A stretch of 64,000 bases of DNA, from the NCBI RefSeq assembly GCF_009914755.1, contig NC_060931.1. The stretch is one strand, 5' to 3'. Below the pieces are notes generated by a model. The model did not search any database. It saw only the letters and a program-made list of their open reading frames with translations, and was not told the DNA's origin. Source of the stretch: the human T2T-CHM13v2.0 reference genome, Homo sapiens. Position numbers and translations under genes: made by a program. This document shows, in pieces, positions 59,830-64,000 of this stretch (position 1 is its first letter; each line of letters starts with the position of its first letter).

Positions 59830-60610
59830 TACAGGATATTTCTGATAAGGTTTGGTTTCAGAACTGAACTCTCCTCCGTGGAGACATTTAGGAAAATACA
59901 GCCAGAGAATTAAAACTGCAGTGATCAAGGCTTTTATCACACACCCATTTGCTAGGCCCATTTCCCCCATAAAATCAAGTTTCGTTGGAACGCAGAGCCC
60001 CGCTCATTCAAACCTCCACGGTGAAGTTGAGAAGTTGCCACACATTGCTGGGCACTCCTCACTGGACACCTCTGCGGGGCACTCTACAGACCTCAGGGCC
60101 GCGATCACCAACCTGCAGCGTTTCCAGTTCCCTTCCTTAATGCCCACCCCGCTCCTTCCTGGGTCGCCACGGAGGAGTCCAGAATCTGTCCTCTGTCGAG
60201 GGTTCCACGGACTCCGATACCTGCTCCAGCACCCCCAGCACTTACCCCATCTTCACCTGAGCCTTCTCAACTACGCGGCCCACCTTCTTCCCTCGTTCTG
60301 ACCCCACTACAACAAGGCCCATGGCGGTGCCACCTCACGAGGAGAAGGACGATCACCTTGAGACCCATCGGCCTCTGAGGCCACGGACCACGCTGCCCCA
60401 TGCTCCAGACGGCCGCTGGCTCCTCCTCACACTCACTCACACTTCAACCCCTGGGAAGACTGGCCTGCGGACCTACCGGCCGTGTCTCAGTAGGACAGAA
60501 AAAGTCCAGACAGCAGGAGCGCGACCCTCACACCCTCACAGCTCCGCCGCGTTCACCACGTGGGCAAAGGGGCCGACGGGAAGACGCCCAGGGCACATGC
60601 GCAGTGAGGT
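59830..60610 (-). promoter_or_regulatory. GAGE/PAGE/XAGE-like promoter + exon 1 + intron 1 module (intact copy)
   Basis: Minus strand CTGCGCATGTGCCCTGGGCGTCTTC..GCCCACGTGGTGAACGCGGCGGAGCTGTGAGGGTGTGAGGGTCGCG..TCTGGACTTTTTCTGTCCTACTGAGACACGGCCG|GTAGGTCCGCAGGCCAGTC..TTGAAGTGTGAGTGAG, as recalled for GAGE-family 5' ends. Confidence 0.75.
60477..60596 (-). ncRNA. Putative non-coding first exon of a leftward (probably lncRNA) transcript
   Basis: Donor CCG|GTAGGT at 60476; second strong donor GGG|GTAAGT at 60245; NRF1-like site 60593-60605; E-box 60557-60562. Confidence 0.55.
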
Positions 60611-60679
60611 CGGTGCCTGCTCTGTGGGCTGTGGCGCCCCTCCTCGACCCTCCTCGCTCTACCCCATCCAGCGCCGCGC

Positions 60680-61160
60680 AGTCCTCTGCCCTCTCCCAGG
60701 TTCCCACTGAAGACTTTGGAATGTGTCTTCTGTGGGCGGTTTCATATGCCTCCGGGACTCAAATACCACAAATGGTTTCCCCCTTCAAAACTCCATGTTC
60801 ACTCGGCCCTCCTCCTTTCTATGGCCCTCCTTCCTACCCTGTCTGGGACTCCCACGACAGCAAGGCCATGGCTGCGTCGCCGCCTGTTAGGAGAAGGACA
60901 GGGACCTCAAGGCCCTTCCCCCTAGGAGGCCATAGACTGCGCCGCGGGCTTCTCCTCACGCTCTCTCACACTTCAACTCTGGGAGGACTTATCTGCGGAC
61001 CTAGTGGCTGACTCCTAGTCAGCAACACAGAAAGAAGTCACGATGTCTCCTTGCACAGCTCTGCGGGGACAGAAGGCAGACAGCAAGGCACATGGACAAC
61101 AAGGGACTTGGGCAGCAAGGGGCATGCACACTGAGTCAGGCACATGCAAGGCCAGCCGCG
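60680..61160 (-). repeat. Degenerate tandem copy of the GAGE-like module
   Basis: Collinear with ~60145-60610 at an offset of ~530-550; donor GT changed to CT at 61004. Confidence 0.8.
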
Positions 61161-62461
61161 GTTTTCCCTCTCTCCTCTCACCCCGGACTCGCATCCCTAA
61201 GGTGTTTGTAGCAGAAAGAAAGGGACTAAGAGGCTTTGTTCTCTCTCTTACCCTACCATTCTCATGCATCCAGAAACACTGGGAACAGACAGTCCCCATG
61301 TCACCATTAGTGGAGGATGTGTCTGAGAAAGACCTTTTGTGACAGAAATAAATTATTTTAATATCTTTAAAAAAAGAAAAAAGAAAACCTGAAAAAAGAA
61401 TATGACAAACTAAAATTAGATGAAAGGAAAGACTGTCATTTTTCCTCATGTTTTATAAAATAGGTATTGCTTTGATGTGTTTTGTGAAATTATACTTTGA
61501 AATATCATGCTATTTTCCTTAACTTTGTTTACCAAAAGAAGGGTAAAAATGATAATTGATAAAGATCTTTCTCTTCAATTTAAAAATCCTGAAATTTGTT
61601 ATTCTAATAAATCTCTCCATCAAAATGAATATACATTACAATTTACAACTCTGAGAGCCTATTTTGGAAAGTAGGTTTGTCTGATACTATGATATTAAGA
61701 CATTTGAAAGGGTTTTTTTTCCCTTTAATAACACATTATTTGGCATTATTTTCATTCTTTTTATGGGAAATTTGACCCAAATTTGCCTTCTTATTTGTAT
61801 AAAATTCTTTTGATACCACACTTGAAAGAAAGAAGATAATGACAGAGTAAAGTAGACTCCCTTTTCCACAATAAACAAGCTACAGACTGACTCTTTTGAT
61901 TATGTTTTATGATGAGCAAATCTTGATTATACAAAGGTTTTATCTAAATTACAGAATTCCAAAGCCATGACAAAAATTAAAAATAATTATTGTTTGCAAA
62001 CGGACTCAAATAAGAAAATGTACAATATTATTCTTTAAATAAGAGCATAAAATTCTTTGAAGAAAAAAAATAAAAGGAAAGTAGCTAATTGGCCAGGATT
62101 TGGTAATAATGTTTCTTAAGACAACAAAGAGGAGATAATGATCCTCACACACAGAGCTCTAGGGATGCTTAAATCTTACAACTATTGAGAATGACATTTC
62201 TGCTTCACCTTGGACAGAGTTCTTAAAACAAAACATTTCCTTTTCATTTGTTAAGATGTGATACTGGTTATGTGGCCTTTAAATTGGCTTCATTAAAATC
62301 CGTTTGCCTTAAAGGTGATTTGGTATCAGAAAATCTATTCATATACCACACCATATTAATAAGCTAGAAGAGAATAAAATAGATCTATATCAATAGATGC
62401 CAAATAAGAGCTCTTGGAAAACTTCAACAGTCACAAGAGAAGAATGTCCACTTTTACAATT

Positions 62462-62526
62462 ATTATTTAATAAATATTAATATTATTTATTATATTTTAT
62501 ATTAATATTAATATTTATTAAATAAT
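62462..62526. repeat. Perfect 24-bp all-AT inverted repeat with 17-nt spacer
   Basis: ATTATTTAATAAATATTAATATTA / TAATATTAATATTTATTAAATAAT. Confidence 0.9.
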
Positions 62527-63123
62527 TCACTCAGTGAAAACAAATAAGATATATATGTATATATATGAAAGGAAAAGGTAAAATTACCATTACTTGCAGG
62601 TGAACTTTTGTATACATAGACTCAAAATTATAATAAAAAATATAAACTATAATAAATAATGTAAAACCAATAAAATTCAATAATGTGGCTAGTTATAAAA
62701 TTATTACTCAATATCAATCATTTTCCTATGTATAATCAATGGGAAGCTAGAAAATATAATTTAAAAACTGTATCTCATTTACAATAGCAAAAAAAAATTT
62801 TTAATATGAAGAACTTATGTAAAGAAAACATTTAAAATGTACTGAAATATAAAAGAATTATCTTAGTAATACTCAAAATTCTAAAGATTTAATATATTAT
62901 GTAGAATTATTTTTTAACTTTACAAAATACTACTAAAGTTCATTTAGAAAAACAATGTGAGAATATCCAGAAAAATCTTGAATAAGAATATTAATGAGAG
63001 GTGACTAGTCCTACCAGATATTAACATATATTTTGAAGCTACAATTAATTAACTTACTTTAGTACTAGGGGAATATTTAACAGACAAAAAATATTGTATG
63101 AATATATATCTAAAATAATATGA

Positions 63124-63462
<339 letters not shown>

Positions 63463-64000
63463 TCATTTCTCAATGAGGAGGGAAAAATATTATTCAATAA
63501 ATGACACTGAGACAACTGGTTAGCTCTTTCAAAAAACATAAATCTAGATTTCTTGTTTATTTCATTCACCAACATAATGTCCAAAATGCATCAAAGAGTA
63601 ATAGAAATTTAAAAAGATTAAATGAAAAACATATTTGTAATTTCAGAGTTTAGCAGGTATTTGTTAATAGGAAACATAATTCAGAAGTCATGAGAAAGTG
63701 AATTAATAAATTTAGATAAATTCAACATTTGAGCATGGTGAAAAATATAAAGTCAGATGACAAATTAGGGAAATTTTTTAATACATATGAAAAACTATTA
63801 TTCTTAACTAAAACAATCCATGAAAATGAATAATAAGCAATGAAGTAATAATAGAACTAAAAAAACAAAATCAGTGGGACAAAAAAGTAGAAAAGGCAAT
63901 CCACAGATTAGGGGTAGGAAAAAAATCATAAAAAAAATGTCCAATCTTACTTCTAATATTAAAAAGCAGATGAAACTACAATAAAAGGCTGTTTTTCACC

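Larger units (their letters stand above)
59980..61200. promoter_or_regulatory. CpG island / GC-rich promoter region
   Basis: Abrupt rise in GC and CpG density in otherwise CpG-depleted DNA. Confidence 0.85.

Noticed and set aside
59852-61342. Plus-strand ORFs of 149, 129, 203 and 99 aa in the CpG island
   Set aside because: Stop-poor GC-rich DNA, overlapping frames, no recognisable protein; splice and promoter signals point to the minus strand

Overview
Primate (human-like) AT-rich, repeat-dense genomic DNA with no supportable protein-coding host gene; long ORFs are decayed LINE-1 fragments or Alu/GC-rich artefacts. The centre is a 12.8-kb nested LINE-1: a full-length L1PA7-like element (22215-35003, 15-bp TSD) interrupted in ORF2 by a full-length L1PA5/6-like element (27683-34012, 13-bp TSD). 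The inner element carries a 172-bp 3' transduction and an open, extended antisense ORF0. Other features: two twin-primed (5'-inverted) L1 insertions, eight Alu dimers plus a FLAM monomer (one Alu tailless), an orphan poly(A) insertion, several MaLR solo LTRs and an LTR10-like solo LTR with a near-perfect p53 element. The most notable feature is the CpG island at ~59.8-61.2 kb. On the minus strand it reads like a GAGE/PAGE/XAGE cancer-testis promoter + non-coding exon 1 + intron 1 module, present as one intact and one degenerate tandem copy, with no recognisable GAGE coding exon. It may be a transplanted germline promoter driving a non-coding transcript leftwards. Repeat subfamily calls and the GAGE-family homology come from recalled consensus sequences and need database confirmation.
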